Positions 39,101 to 52,300 of a stretch of 64,000 bases of DNA are shown here, piece by piece (position 1 is the first letter of the stretch; each line of letters opens with the position of its first letter). Made by a program: the position numbers and the translations under genes. The notes under the pieces were generated by a model that saw nothing but the letters and a program-made list of their open reading frames with translations, ran no database searches and had not been told where the DNA came from. The DNA is from Mizuhopecten yessoensis (taxonomy: Eukaryota), in contig NW_018408899.1 of assembly GCF_002113885.1 (NCBI RefSeq), positions 457,988 through 521,987 on the forward strand, read 5' to 3'.

Positions 39101-39780
39101 TTTCTCTTTCCTATCTTCTTCTAAAACAGTACAATGGTACATAACACTTGCTATCCTGGTTTCAGCATGCAACAATAGTTTAATTGTTGTGGGTTTTTTT
39201 GTTGTGTTTTTGTTTTTATTTTTTATTTGTTTGTTTCTCACCTACAATGCATATAATATTGTTCTATGTATCTTGTTTCAAACTTATATAGAAAATAATT
39301 GTTTTTCTGAATTTGTATCTAGTAGTTTGATGTAATAGATATGAGAATGTTAAGGCAAACAAAAAAACTTGTGTGAAAATTAAAAATGTGTGACTGAAAT
39401 ATAATGTGTTATGTTAAATGAACTGTTGAAAAATTTCAATTTAAAAAAAACCCTCTTTAAACATCATTATATAACATATATTATTAAAAACTAACGATAA
39501 AAACAGATTAACAAAATCCATTTCAACAAACAAAAACTGAAGGCATTTCATAATATGAATGAGTGTAGTATTTTGCAAATTGTTACAAAGAAAAAAAGTT
39601 TGTTTCACTTTATGTTTAACGAACTATGTGTAAAATGACTAAAACAAGATAACTACAATACATTCTAACAAACAACAATGAGATACAATATTACATTAGC
39701 TGTTAATAGATTGTATAATATACACGCATAACACTAATCTATAAATATAATTTATATAATTATAAAACTACACAGAGTTA
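36179..39780 (+). repeat. Segmental duplication copy A (36179-37130 + 39455-39780), interrupted by a LINE; paralogous to 62626-64000
   Basis: Long colinear matches, e.g. GTCTTTGTGACACTATCTAACCGAGTCAT, GGGTTCTTTTACATGCTGCATTAAAGTTGTGGTGTTTGCCTCTAT and TTATTAAAAACTAAC. Confidence 0.9.
37131..39454 (+). mobile_element. 5'-truncated, decayed L1/Tx1-clade LINE (3' part of ORF2, 3' UTR and A tail)
   Basis: RT motifs RGCRQDDP and YADD (37207-37452), continuing ..FAKNSGLKVNKSKT..; C-terminal zinc knuckle CFHCKTDTETIVHALWEC (38359-38757); many stops and frameshifts; A tract near 39443; flanking CTTTAAA duplication at 37124-37130 and 39455-39461. Confidence 0.9.
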
Positions 39781-39960
39781 CCTGGTGGGACGAACATACA
39801 TCATGTTTAGCGGCAGCCTTTTAATGAGAGAAGAACAGTACTCTGGACCTTCTCTACTTCACGTACCATATCTACGAATGTGCCTACCCTCCGTCAAAAG
39901 CTTTGTGATATGGCATGTATACCTTTAAGTCTTTATTATTTTAGCAAAGTTTGCCAATAT

Positions 39961-42900
39961 TTACATTTTTGTATACGTTTGGTCACTGTCAACAATTTCT
40001 TTCCTGTTTGTTTCATCCAAGTCACTGTCAATGATTTCTTTCTCATTTGTTTCATCCGAGTCGTTTGAGGCACCTATCGGGGAAGGACGTTCTGCAAAGA
40101 CATGATTCTGCCTATCTATCAATTCAGAGTAAATGATCGGTCTTGCTATTGCACCTTCGTCATGTGCATGACTCGATGTGCTGCTTTCGTGAAAGACATG
40201 ATTGTGACGTGGTGAAGGTAGTTGTGATCTTCTGCTTCTGACACTGTCATTGGCGACGCTATTGAGCGATAGATATGTGGATTCTGGATTTCTGATATTT
40301 GCATTAAAATGTGAATTCACATTTGCATAACTGCTTCCGGTGGAGATTGTTTCTGGGCAGTCATACGACTGTTCCAGTTCATTACGAGCCATACGTTGGT
40401 ATTCGTGCCCACTTTCAGCATTGGTCATGCCAAATATGTTCAGATCACATAACTCCACATCCACCGTTGCCATGGCCCTGCCCAATCTTAGTGAGAGATT
40501 GGGATCGGTTCGGATTGCTGATAGCGTTTCATACCATTGCTCTTTCTCATCGTCAACGCTTCCTCTAAATAATAAATACATAGTGTGAGGACTATATTTT
40601 ATTTAACAACATACATTATCATTAATATATACAAACCAGATTTTGAAAATTTCTGAAAAAAAATATATACTTGCCGTATACTGTACCATGATATTTAAAT
40701 GTTCTGAATAGGCAACAAAACTGTATATACCAAACAAGTGTATGTGTAGACGAGCCATGTAATGCTATTTCTCTATTGATATTTCTTTTCTATTTATTAT
40801 TCAGAAGGAACAAAAGCATGTTATTTCAACAGGCCTTCCGTTTAATAATCATGCAAAACTTTCCTTCATAATTAAAAACGGTATGTAATATAATTGATCT
40901 TATTGCACGTGATAAAACAACCATCCTGAAATAAAGGCTTTGTTAGTATTGCTATATGCTTACTTATAATAAGTAAACGTTTATATTCTATTAAGAAATC
41001 CAATAACATTATATATTAGTATTGTTTACAATTAAAACGTAACAAATTAAAGAATAACGAATATAACTATTCAAACAATTTTAGTTTTTTTTCATTATGA
41101 AAGTATACTTATTAAAAAAAAAGGTTTATCATATGTGAGTACCTCTCTTGGGTTGATCTCAACTCCAGCACGTCAAGAAGTCCTCGCATTTTGTCATGCC
41201 CAAGGCTATCTATCAAATTCCGTATTGGATCTTGAAACTGAAAATGATAATATGCATATTGAGTGTGTTAAACTACTTTAAATCACAACACACTTACAGT
41301 TCGAATTTTATTTCATTTATATATACTAATAATAGCACTGCTGTGTGTAGCGGTTCTAATTTCTTGTTTCTCTGAATGACCAAACAGGTGAAACGCAGGC
41401 TGAGCTTTTGCTTGTATAGGTCTTCTCTCGGTAGGTTTCAAATATTGCTAATTAAAAGCATATTCGGGAATAAAATATTTTGCTTATTTTCCGTGAAACT
41501 AATATGTGAATCAAAGTGCAAAAATGGTTTAGTAATGCCTTTTGGCTGTAAAAGAACGATAACCTACAGGAACAATACAAACTTATGACCATGAACACAT
41601 ACTGTTACATTAAAATGGACTGATACTTTTTTCACCAGAATTGCCATACAATTTTGAAACAATTCAAATAGAAACTCAGAACCGGACCTGTTTATGATAT
41701 ATATTGTAACTAGCCCTATGTTTTAGGATAAGTATTGTGCTGACGTTGATTTCCATTGTGCTGAAGGACCTCAAATGTAAAGGTTTACAGAGTATGTACG
41801 AATTGAAATTGCAACAAGATAATACATCGCAACAATAGGAATCTGCTAACGTTGCAAGTGTCAGACTTGCGCCTATCTTTTAAGTATATTGTAACTTACC
41901 GTGTTCAGCCCAGTGCTGATGTAACTAACCGTGTTCAGTTCAGTGCTGATGTCGACTTCCATTGTGAAGGTTGTTTGAATCTTCTTATCACATTTAGTTA
42001 AATGACGGGTGTTTTCCACATCGATGACAATTGGTAATCTGTCGCAGTACCTCTTCTCACATTTCAGATACCAGTTTATACAGTAACACAGTTCGTGATC
42101 TCTGTGCCAGCATCTGATCAGTTCTGCAACGTCCACTACCTTGAATACATAATGGAGCAAAATATTTAGTAAATGTTAAACAATAAATCTTATAAAATAT
42201 TCCACATTGAAATATTAACATCGACAGGAAAAGAATACAACCTACCTTACTGAAAGAGTTTTGAAATTATTTGAAAGTGTCAAACCTCTAACCAACTAGC
42301 ACAGATTGCATCACGTCGTCTTTACATATCATTGATTTGCAATATTTTTATGAACAAGAGACCTCAATTTTTGATTGATATGGTATCTTAAAATGTAAAT
42401 ATAAAGATTACCTGTTCAGGCTGATAAATTGGACATTGATCTTCCCCTCGTTTTATGTGTTCCCACTTAGGGCATCTCTCTTCCATCAGTGTTGATAGCC
42501 TGCACTTTAGAAATCCGCTTTTCGTCTTTGAATTTGGTTTCTTCAGCAAATGGATTTCACCACCTTCGATCACATTGAATCCTTTCTTCTTATCGAGCTC
42601 GTTTTCATTTTCCTTCAATAAATACAAAGTGACACATGTCAAATATTGATGTAATTAAAATCCTAAATTAAATATGGTTTTCCATTAAGGCAGAACGTGC
42701 GTGAAACGCGACTAAAACTGATCTGTTTATTTTTATGTATCAAAACAACTCAAACAGCATTCTTTTGATTCAGACACACCTGTCATGGTCATTACACACA
42801 CCACCCTGCAGTAACTAGGATATTATTTGACCACGGGATGTAGACCTTTAGTTTGTATGAGTTTGGTCAAAATTAGGTAGTCTCCCTCTCAATGAAAGAG

Positions 42901-45028
42901 GCTTTGGGGAATATTTGCAGAATAGCAATACTTCATGCATATATGATAAATTATTGCTATTACAGAAGCCTTACCATTTCATGTTTTATTTCTTATCAAA
43001 TAATCACTTTTACATTTACCTCTCGCTTTTTTAACCTGTTCTGCAATCCTTGGAAAAACAATTTAATTTGTAATGTAGGATATCCGTCAATCACACCAAC
43101 ACGAGCACATGTTTGTGCCGAGAGTTCGAATCGGATATTAGATTTACAGCACGTGCAGAAGAACAGAGATAAATGATTTGTGTACACCCTGACAGTACCA
43201 ATATCCAACAACGAGTAAAAACAATCCAAACTTGACGATGTAGGGTCCTTCTCATATGGAATATCTTTCACACTTGCAAACGACGTCAGAGGCGTTGAAA
43301 TTCAGTGGACTCCCAGGGACGAAAATGTTTCAAATTTACAAAGCGGTAGATCTAATATTATATGACCATGTAAGTGTGCTTTAGATAATAAAGTTACTTC
43401 TGCAGCTGGTGACAATAGCATTTGATAGTTTTTTATTTTCAATTCTGATGCCAGAACCTTGAAATTATCATGAACACTACAATACAAAGTGTGCTTTGAT
43501 TCCTGTTCGTTTTGGTTTGAATATTTACGGAAACCTACACTGACACCGGTTTCATTAATATGAATTTGATCTTTCAATGACGACAGCGCTTTTCTGAAAT
43601 CCCACAATCTCCCAAACATATCTTTGTTATTTTCATTTTTGCATAATTTGGGATCGAGATCAATTGAACAACAAGTTTCGTATATTTCTGGGTAATTATC
43701 ATCTTCTTTGATATGCAATCTTATATCATCTGTTTCAGGATGAAATTGACTCGTCCTCTTCCGAGTATCACTCGACCTCGCCACGAAGGAAATTGCCCTC
43801 GTACGTGCCCTCTTCCGTGATAGAAGTACAATAAGTATCGTTACAATGACAACTATTGCGACAACTGATGTCAAAATAAATACAAAAGTTCCAAATTATA
43901 AGATCCCAGTACCAGCAAATATAATGGATAACATATACACATTTTGATACATTTAGATTTATTTATTATTTTAAAGCTGGACTTGATTCTAGCATTGTTT
44001 ATATTGGTAACTAGTTAAGGAATCATTTATCTGTTGAAATTGATATGCCTCTTTTATTTTCTATTTTTTTTTTTTATATCTATTTAGAATCATTGTGGAC
44101 ATAGATTTACATTCTTTGATCAGGAGTACCAGTTATAAATCAAATATGGTTGAAATAGTCATACAGTCGAGTTAAATATCAACCTTGGCTCTTGCTTTGA
44201 CTTACTAAATGGCTAAATACATATCTTGTTGCATCGTTAGTTATTATTGATAAAATTCCATTTCGGTATTTTCTGAGATAAGCGATATAAGCATGCACAT
44301 GTTTCGTATACAACTTTACCCTGGTGTCAGTACCCACATGTTAACAAAACGATAAATCAGTTTATCGACATAACATTTCAAAACTTCATCTTACTTTTGA
44401 CACACTACATAAAAGTAAGGTTTCAGTGCCAATAACTGCTCGTTTTTCTTCCACTTCTTATATATTTATTTGGTATCTCACCCTCTTGTATGTTCAAACA
44501 GTTAGGCCTCTAGCACTGATGGTGATTGACAATGCATGCAAACCCGGAGCAATATCCGTTCTATTTTTCTGTACCATTTAGCTAAATATCTAAAAGATAG
44601 TGAATGTAGTTGAAACGTTTGCGACGTGAAAATGCTTGTAGATTAGTTTTAACATATTCTTACGCAAATAATTCTTTATACATTATACAGATTTGAGGTA
44701 TATAGAATATACATATTTCGTAAATATTGAAAACATTAAAATTTCCACAGCTTGATATTTTTAAAGAATCATTTCCACTTTCAGAGTATAAAGTGTCCAC
44801 GTATTTATTATCGATGACCTTTGCTTAAAGTAACTAGTCCAAGCGTAACATACTTTTGTCGGCGGCAATGGTGTAAGTGATGTTGTCCGTTACTGGGGTA
44901 GTAATGAATGTGACAGATTCCGTATTAGTGGCGGATACTCCTTGGGTGGTGGTTGTTCCTAAAGTTGTTGAGGTCGTTGGGATTAAAGTGATTGGATTTG
45001 CCATCGTGATCGTTGAATAGTTGCAATC
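39961..45028 (-). pseudogene. UNC5/UNC5CL-like single-pass receptor (stalk-TM-ZU5-UPA-death-like-Tyr tail) with in-frame stops; exons 45028-44854, ~44589-44482, ~43935-42975, 42612-42412, 42139-41900, 41237-41143, 40564-39961; 5' end not resolved
   Basis: GT-AG exons with compatible phases (0,0,0,2 for the last four introns). TM VVAIVVIVTILIVLL-SRKR; ZU5-like IHINETGVSV..LYCSVH..LLSPAAEV..IILDLPLC; VYTNHLSLF; helical EQWYETL segment. Stops at 43896-43898, 43302-43304 and 42993-42998. Confidence 0.65.
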
Positions 45029-46479
45029 CTACAACAACGTACTTAGTATTAGTACTTGTATATTGTTTTATTTACTACATAAGCCACTAATTCAAACTAA
45101 CACTTAATCTTAGAGGTTTATACATATATCGTAAAATCACTGTCAGTTGGCTACATGGAGACACGAGGAAAGGCAATGCGCCTTAAAGCGAATTGATGTG
45201 CTCAAAATTTACGTACCTAACACATTCTTCCACTATCATATAACTCCTTCTTTTCCTGAAAAAGTGCTTAAAAATAGCATCACTTACATATTTACCTTAT
45301 TCAAACGACTAAGCTATTATCTTACTTAAATCCAAACAAAAATCTAAGTGTTTTTTTAAAAGAATAATATTACTGATTTGCTGAATTTCCATAGAAACTT
45401 AGTTAAGATTTTTTTCATACAGTAAGTGTACATTTCATCACAAAAAATATATAATTATAAGTTCAAAAGACAAACCAAGTTATTTACAAACCCACAAAAG
45501 AAAAGATTTTTGCGTTTTACTATTTTTATTATCTATGATCATTTTTGCGTTGGACGCGTTGCTACAATAATTCATTTTCAGTCGTAACGTGATGGCGTAC
45601 ATAATTTCGCAATGATTTCGAATTTTGTACTTAATATGTTTTTGATATTTTAATATAAAACGAGAACATGCAACAAAGCTGCTGGACACCAAATCGTTAG
45701 ATAAAAACAATTACCTGCTCGATGCCAACTGAGGAAACGGATCCTAAATACTTATATTAATTCTTCGATTATTTTTGTTAATGACATTAGCAAGGGGTTT
45801 GAAAAAAAAAAAAAAAAAAAAACTTCCTTTGATCTTTTCAAATTGCTTCAAACTTTGAATTATGGAACTATTGGATATTTATTTGTGACAATGCGTAAAA
45901 ATGTATGTTGAAGTTCTTCTTAAGAATATGTTGTCCTAATTGATTATATATTGTTTCAAAGAAAACGTATTTTTTCTTTCTTCGAATATTTTCTGTAAGT
46001 GTGATTTTGATTTTTGATCACAGAGACATTCTACCTTTCTTTTTATTAGCATTCAAATAAGCATGCAGTAATACAGTGGTAACACCAATGTACATATTTA
46101 AATGTTCCTCTGATGCATTGTTGTTATACAATTTGAAAGACAAACCGGCATTCCATTTTAGAATCAGGGAAATAACAGGACCTGACTTCTTATACTTATT
46201 GAAATAATCCTGATACCAACACTAATGCCTGTCTGTTCTTTGTACCAACTCTTTTCCTAAGACAAACCTACACCTTTTTACACTGTTTATTTTTTTAGTA
46301 ATGGCTAGGTTTGTTTTGAACACAAACAGTATTTGAAAACTTATTGTTTGCGAGCTCTCGAAATCGTCTCTTTCCTCTGTCGAGCAAAGTATTAAATAAC
46401 CGGTGTCTCGAATCTAAACCGTTAAATATTATAGGGACGTCTAGCCCAATAGCCCTCTTATACTTCAGATAATCAGGGG

Positions 46480-47060
46480 GACTGGTATGACTATATAATA
46501 CAGACTATATGATTATACCGTAGTCAAGTCTGCCATGCCCAACACTGGTGTGACTATTATACAGACTGTCTGGATGTAATGCAATCAAATCTACCCTGAC
46601 CAACACATTTATGATTATCATATAGACTATATGATAAAAATTTAGCCAAAATATCATTCCCACCACTGGTATGACTATTATATAGACTTTATTTCTGTAA
46701 TACAATCAAATATATCCCGCCTGACACTGGCACGACTAACATGCAGAACAAAGGACAACATACTACAGCTAAGTCTACCCGACCTGACACTGGTGTGACT
46801 GTCATAAAGACCATAGGTCAACATACTACAGGTAAATTCACTTCACCTGACACTGGTGTGATTGTCATACAGACCTTAGGTCAAAATACTAGTGAGTTCT
46901 TACCCACCTGATACTACAGCTAAATCTACACTTCTTGACACTGTATGACCTTCATACACATCTCATGACAACATGCATGTACTGCAGGCAAATCTACCCC
47001 GCTGATACGAGTATGCTTGTATTACAGACCAAAGAGAAATCTACTACAGTCCAATCTACC
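46480..47060 (+). repeat. Degenerate ~50-60 bp minisatellite
   Basis: Recurring CCTGACACTGGTGTGACT..CATA.AGAC..AGGTCAACATACTACAG..AAATCTAC. Confidence 0.7.
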
Positions 47061-47117
47061 ATGGATTCATATATAATAACAAATTATGTTTCAATAAAGA
47101 AAACATATTCACTTACC

Positions 47118-47289
47118 TGCTCTTTTCGATCGTTCCTTGCCCGTAGTGTAAATCTATTTATGGGTTTTCCCGGCAAACACTTTCACTTCCTTAATCATTT
47201 CTTCTTTTATGACACATCTTATCCACACTTAGTAAACAGTATTGAAGATGTCTTTGGAGGGTAGACAATGCTGACCTTAAAACTCGAAT
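47118..47289 (-). pseudogene. Decayed exon, possibly Ig-like extracellular part of the same receptor
   Basis: ctttcag| ... |gtaagt boundaries; VSIVYPP and KCLPGKP..F resemble an Ig linker and B/C strand; contains several stops. Confidence 0.35.
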
Positions 47290-48239
47290 CTGAAAGATGT
47301 GCTGATAGATGCATGCGGATCTATTAAGTATATCGTAAAGATCATGCATTCATTTGGAAATACGTCTATAGAATAGTGTAATTTGAAAAAAAGGTGTTTT
47401 TATGTGAAATCTTAATATAGATTTGGGTAGTCGAGTTGCGCAGTAGGTCTGTTATATCTGCTGCTATTTTCCGATGGGTTCCGTGTTGCTTAGTGCAAAA
47501 GGTTGTGTGAAACGGAGCGGGACTTGACTCAACAAAACACAGCACACTAGGTGATTGTATATCTATATACTAAAGTCGTTGACGTTTGTATAAAAAACAG
47601 CGTTGCCACGAAATTTATACTGAACAAATATGAGTGAAAGTTAATCAAGGAAACTTCAATATGTCAGTACTGGTATTCACAACGTTAATGCTACATAAAA
47701 CATTTGAATAATGACATTTGCAGTAACGACATTAGCATTAAAAGGCCGTAGTCTGTTTTTAACTTATCAATAAAACGCTATTTGTCTAATGTCTAGTTTT
47801 AACTGTACGGCAAATAAAAAAAAAAACGCGTGTGTCTATGTTGACAGGTACTGTGTGTAAGAATCAACCAGGAACACCGTGGATATGTTATTTCTAGTCT
47901 TCTAGTCTTACAATATAAGTAATTAAAAATAAAATTTCTTCATTATCACTTTTATCAGATTTAATTAAAAACATATGAAACCCTCATAGCGTCTATGCAT
48001 CCGAGCTGGATAATTGTATAGTGACATGATGTACTTGTAGTATTGACCGGTAGACACATCATGTATAATAAGCAAAAGATTAGAAATGCCTAAAAATGTA
48101 TGAATTGGGATTCCCCTCAATTTTTATTCCTTTTGATTAACTGAAATACCGTTTCCAGCCTAGTGATATCATCCAGTTCGAGAGTAGTTTAAACACGACA
48201 TAGCATATATGTATCAGCTTAATGTATTATACTACAATT

Positions 48240-48398
48240 ATTTAATCTTGTTGGCACGAGTGTAAAGGCAGGGGTCAGAATGTAGAAGGGAACCGGGGTA
48301 CCCGGGAAAAAACCCCGTGGGCGGGCAGGTGAGCCCAATACCTTTTCATGTCCGATTTGGTAACAGCATGAGCCTACTGCGCAACTCGACTACCCAAA
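48240..48398 (-). mobile_element. tRNA-derived SINE-like fragment
   Basis: Minus strand begins with an A-box-like GGTAGTCGAGTTGCGCAGTAGG and contains GGGTTTTTTCCCGGGTACCCCGGTTCCCT, resembling the central domain common in invertebrate SINEs. Confidence 0.5.
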
Positions 48399-49367
48399 GC
48401 AGATGAAGAAGCATCACAAGACGTAAACCTTTCACTGTTGTACATGTATTGTCTGGTAACAGAAAGTATACCACGGCCATGTTTGTTCATTTACCCCGAT
48501 TTGGCTGTAAGCCCCCAGTTAGTAAGTGTTGTAAAGTGAATCGTAATCAATATTTCAATTATCTTTTTGTATCATTCCAGCTTCATGCTGGAGGGATAGA
48601 CTGTGCCCAATACCGCCAAATACCTTTGTTTATGGAAATAAAATATTTTACTAAAACCTTGCTTATTCTTATTGAGAAACAAATTAATAGAGATAGGCGA
48701 TAGGTAAACACATACGTTTACACAATATTGGTATAAAGTGACCTAACTTTTTCTATAAAACAAATTCAAAATTGTATTGGTTGTGTAAAAAGAACTTCTC
48801 ATAAAACAACTTCAAAATGAGCTCTAGACCCTGAACTTGAATGGTTTCGAACCTCTTGCCAAGGATGCTGTAAAGCTGTCGTTGCAGTGCGAGTTATTCA
48901 TTCTCGATATTTAGAGTTCAATTCTTTATAAAACCCATTCTTGTTTTATAAAAGATGACGGGTATCATTGTAACAAATAATCAAATAACACAAAAAGACT
49001 TAATTCTAAATAATGTTTAAAAATTCAATAAAAAATAAATTTAAAGAAAAAATTAAAAAAAATGAAACAAATTGTTTATTGCCTTTTATATATAGTAAAA
49101 CCGATCAGAGACGGTAAAGAAAGAACTTCATTTTTTTGTTAGATACTGAAAAAAAAGTACACATATTATGAATAATTATGAGTAATTATATATAAAACAA
49201 AAACAAGATATCAATGAAATATTATCACCCATGATATAATATATTTAATGAGCAAGGTTCTTGCAATACATTTTTCAATTCGTGCAACATTGCAAACTGA
49301 TATTACTTTTCATTATACCATTCAAAAAGAGAGTTCTTTAGGTAAACGTAAAGGGACATCTAAAGTT

Positions 49368-52300
49368 TAATAACGTCTGGAAGAAATGGTATAAAAACCT
49401 AAAAGTAAAACTGAATCTCTGTCTGTACAGTAATGAAAAACATTAAAACTATAAAATTTTGATTTTGTTTATATTTATATGAAAATATATAAAAATAGAC
49501 TATGATAACCCACCGTTAGCAAGGAGAAATATTAATTTCTAAGTAATATCTCATAAATATATTAGGATAATGTTACAAATAGAGATACAACTCCTCTCTT
49601 TCTATTTCTTTAATAACGTCTGGCAGAAAAAGTATAAAACCTAAAAGTAAAACCGAATCTCTGTCTGTACAGTAATAAAAAACATTAAAACTATGAAATT
49701 TAGATTTTGTTTTTATTTATATGAAAATATATAAAAATAGACTATGATAACCCACCGTTACCAAGGAGAAATATTAATGCCTAAGTAATATCTCATATAT
49801 CTTATGATAATGTTACAAATAGAGATACAACTCCTCTCTTTATATTTCCTCTTTCTACCTCCTCGTTTTCCCCTGTATGTCTTCTCCCTTTGCCCTCCTT
49901 TATTTCCTCTTTCTACCTCCTCGTTTCCCCCTGTATGTCTTCTCTTTCCCCCTCCTTTTTTTCCTCTTTCTGCCTCCTCGTTTCCCCTGTATGTCTTCTC
50001 CTTCCCCCTCCTTTATTTCCTCTTTCTGCGTCCTCTTTTTCCCCTGAAGCTCTTCTCCCTTTTCCCTCCTTTATTTCCTTTTCTACCTCCTCGTTTCCCC
50101 CTGTATGTCTTCTCTTTCCCCCTCCTTTTTTTCCTCTTTCTGCCTCCTCGTTTCCCCCTGTATGTCTTCTCTTTCCCCCTCCTTTATTTCCTCTTTCTGC
50201 TCCTCTCTTTATATTTCCTCTTTCTACCTCCTCGTTTCCCCCTGTATGTCTTCTCTTTCCCCCTCCTTTTTTTCCTCTTTCTGCCTCCTCGTTTCCCCCT
50301 GTATGTCTTCTCTTTCCCCCTCCTTTTTTTCCTCTTTCTGCCTCCTCGTTTCCCCCTGTATGTCTTCTCTTTCCCCCTCCTTTTTTTCCTCTTTCTGCCT
50401 CCTCGTTTCCCCCTGTATGTCTTCTCTTTCCCCCTCCTTTATTTCCTCTTTCTGCCACCTTGTTTTCCCCTGTATGTCTTCTCCTTTTTCTCCTCCTTTA
50501 TTTCCTCTTTCTACCTCCTCGTTTTCCCCTGAATGTCTTCTCCTTTTCCTCCTCCTTTATTTCCTCTTTGTGCCTCCTCTTTTTCCCCTGAATGTCTTCT
50601 CCCTTTTCCCTCCTTTAGTTCCTCTTTCTACCTCCTCGTTTTACCCTGTATGGTTTCTTCTTTTTCTCCTCCTTTATTTCCTCTTTCTGCCTCTTCGTTT
50701 TCCCCTGTATGTCTTCTGCTTTTCCCCTCCTTTATTTCCTCTTCCTCCTCGTTTCCCCCTGTATGGCTTCTCCTTTTCCTCCTCCTTTATTTCCTCTTTC
50801 TCCCCCCTCGTTTCCCCTGTATGTCTTCTCCTTTTCGCCTCCTTTCTTTCCTCTTTCTACCTCCTCGTTTTCCCCTGGATGTCTTCTCCCTTTGCCCTCC
50901 TTTATTTCCTCTTTCTACCTCCTCGTTTTCCCCTGGATGTCTTCTCCTTTTCCTCCTCCTTTATTTCCTCTTTCTACCTGTACAGTAATAAAAAACATTA
51001 AAACTATGAAATTTAGATTTTGTTTTTATTTATATGAAAATATATAAAAATAGACTATGATACCCCACCGTTACCAAGGAGAAATATTAATGCCTAAGTA
51101 ATATCTCATATATCTTATGGTAATGTTACGAATAGAGATACAACTCCTCTCTTTATATTTCCTCTTTCTACCTCCTCGCTTTCCCCTGTATGTCTTCTCC
51201 TTTTCCCCTCCTTTTTTTCCTCTTTCTGCCTCCTCGTTTCCCCTGTATGTCTGCTCCTTTTCCCCTCCTTTATTTCCTTTTTTCTGCCTCTTCGTTTTCC
51301 CCTGTAGGTCTTCTCCTTTTCCCCTCCTTTATTTTCTCTTTCTTCCTCCTCTTTTTCCCCTGAAGCTCTTCTCCCTTTTCCCCCCTTTATTTCCTCTTTC
51401 TACCTCCTCGCTTTCCCCTGTATGTCTTCTCCCTTTTCCTCCTCCTTTATTTCCTCTTTGTGCCTCCTCTTTTTCCCCTGAATGTCTTCTCTCTTTTCCC
51501 TCCTTTATTTCTTTTTTTCTGCCTCTTCGTTTTCCCCTGTATGTCTTCGCTTTCCCCCTCCTTTATTTCCTCTTTCTTCCTCCTCGTTTTCCCCTGTATG
51601 TCTTCTCTTTCTCCCTCCTTTATTTCCTCTTTCTACCTCCTCGCTTTCCCCTGTATGTCTTCTCCCTTTGCCCTCCTTTATTTCCTCTTTCTACCTCCTC
51701 GTTTCCCCCTGTATGTCTTCTCCTTTTCCCCTCCTTTATTTTCTCTTTCTTCCTCCTCTTTTTCCCCTGAAGCTCTTCTCCCTTTTCCCCCCTTTATTTC
51801 CTCTTTCTACCTCCTCGCTTTCCCCTGTATGTCTTCTCCTTTTTCTCCTCCTTTATTTCCTCTTTCTACCTCCTCGTTTTACCCTGTATGGTTTCTTCTT
51901 TTTCTCCTCCTTTATTTCCTCTTTCTACCTGTACAGTAATAAAAAACATTAAAACTATGAAATTTAGATTTTGTTTTTATTTATATGAAAATATATAAAA
52001 ATAGACTATGATAACCCACCGTTACCAAGGAGAAATATTAATGCCTAAGTAATATCTCATATATCTTATGTTAGTGTTACAAATAGAGATACAACTCCTC
52101 TCTTTATATTTCCTCTTTCTACCTCCTCGTTTCCCCCTGTATGTCTTCTCCTTTTCGCCTCCTTTCTTTCCTCTTTCTACCTCCTCGTTTTACCCTGTAT
52201 GGTTTCTTCTTTTTCTCCTCCTTTATTTCCTCTTTCTACCTCCTCGCTTTCCCCTGTATGTCTTCTCCCTTTGCCCTCCTTTATTTCCTCTTTCTACCTC

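Noticed and set aside
46035-46257. Possible additional extracellular exon of the receptor
   Set aside because: Plausible splice sites but no clean frame or recognisable motif
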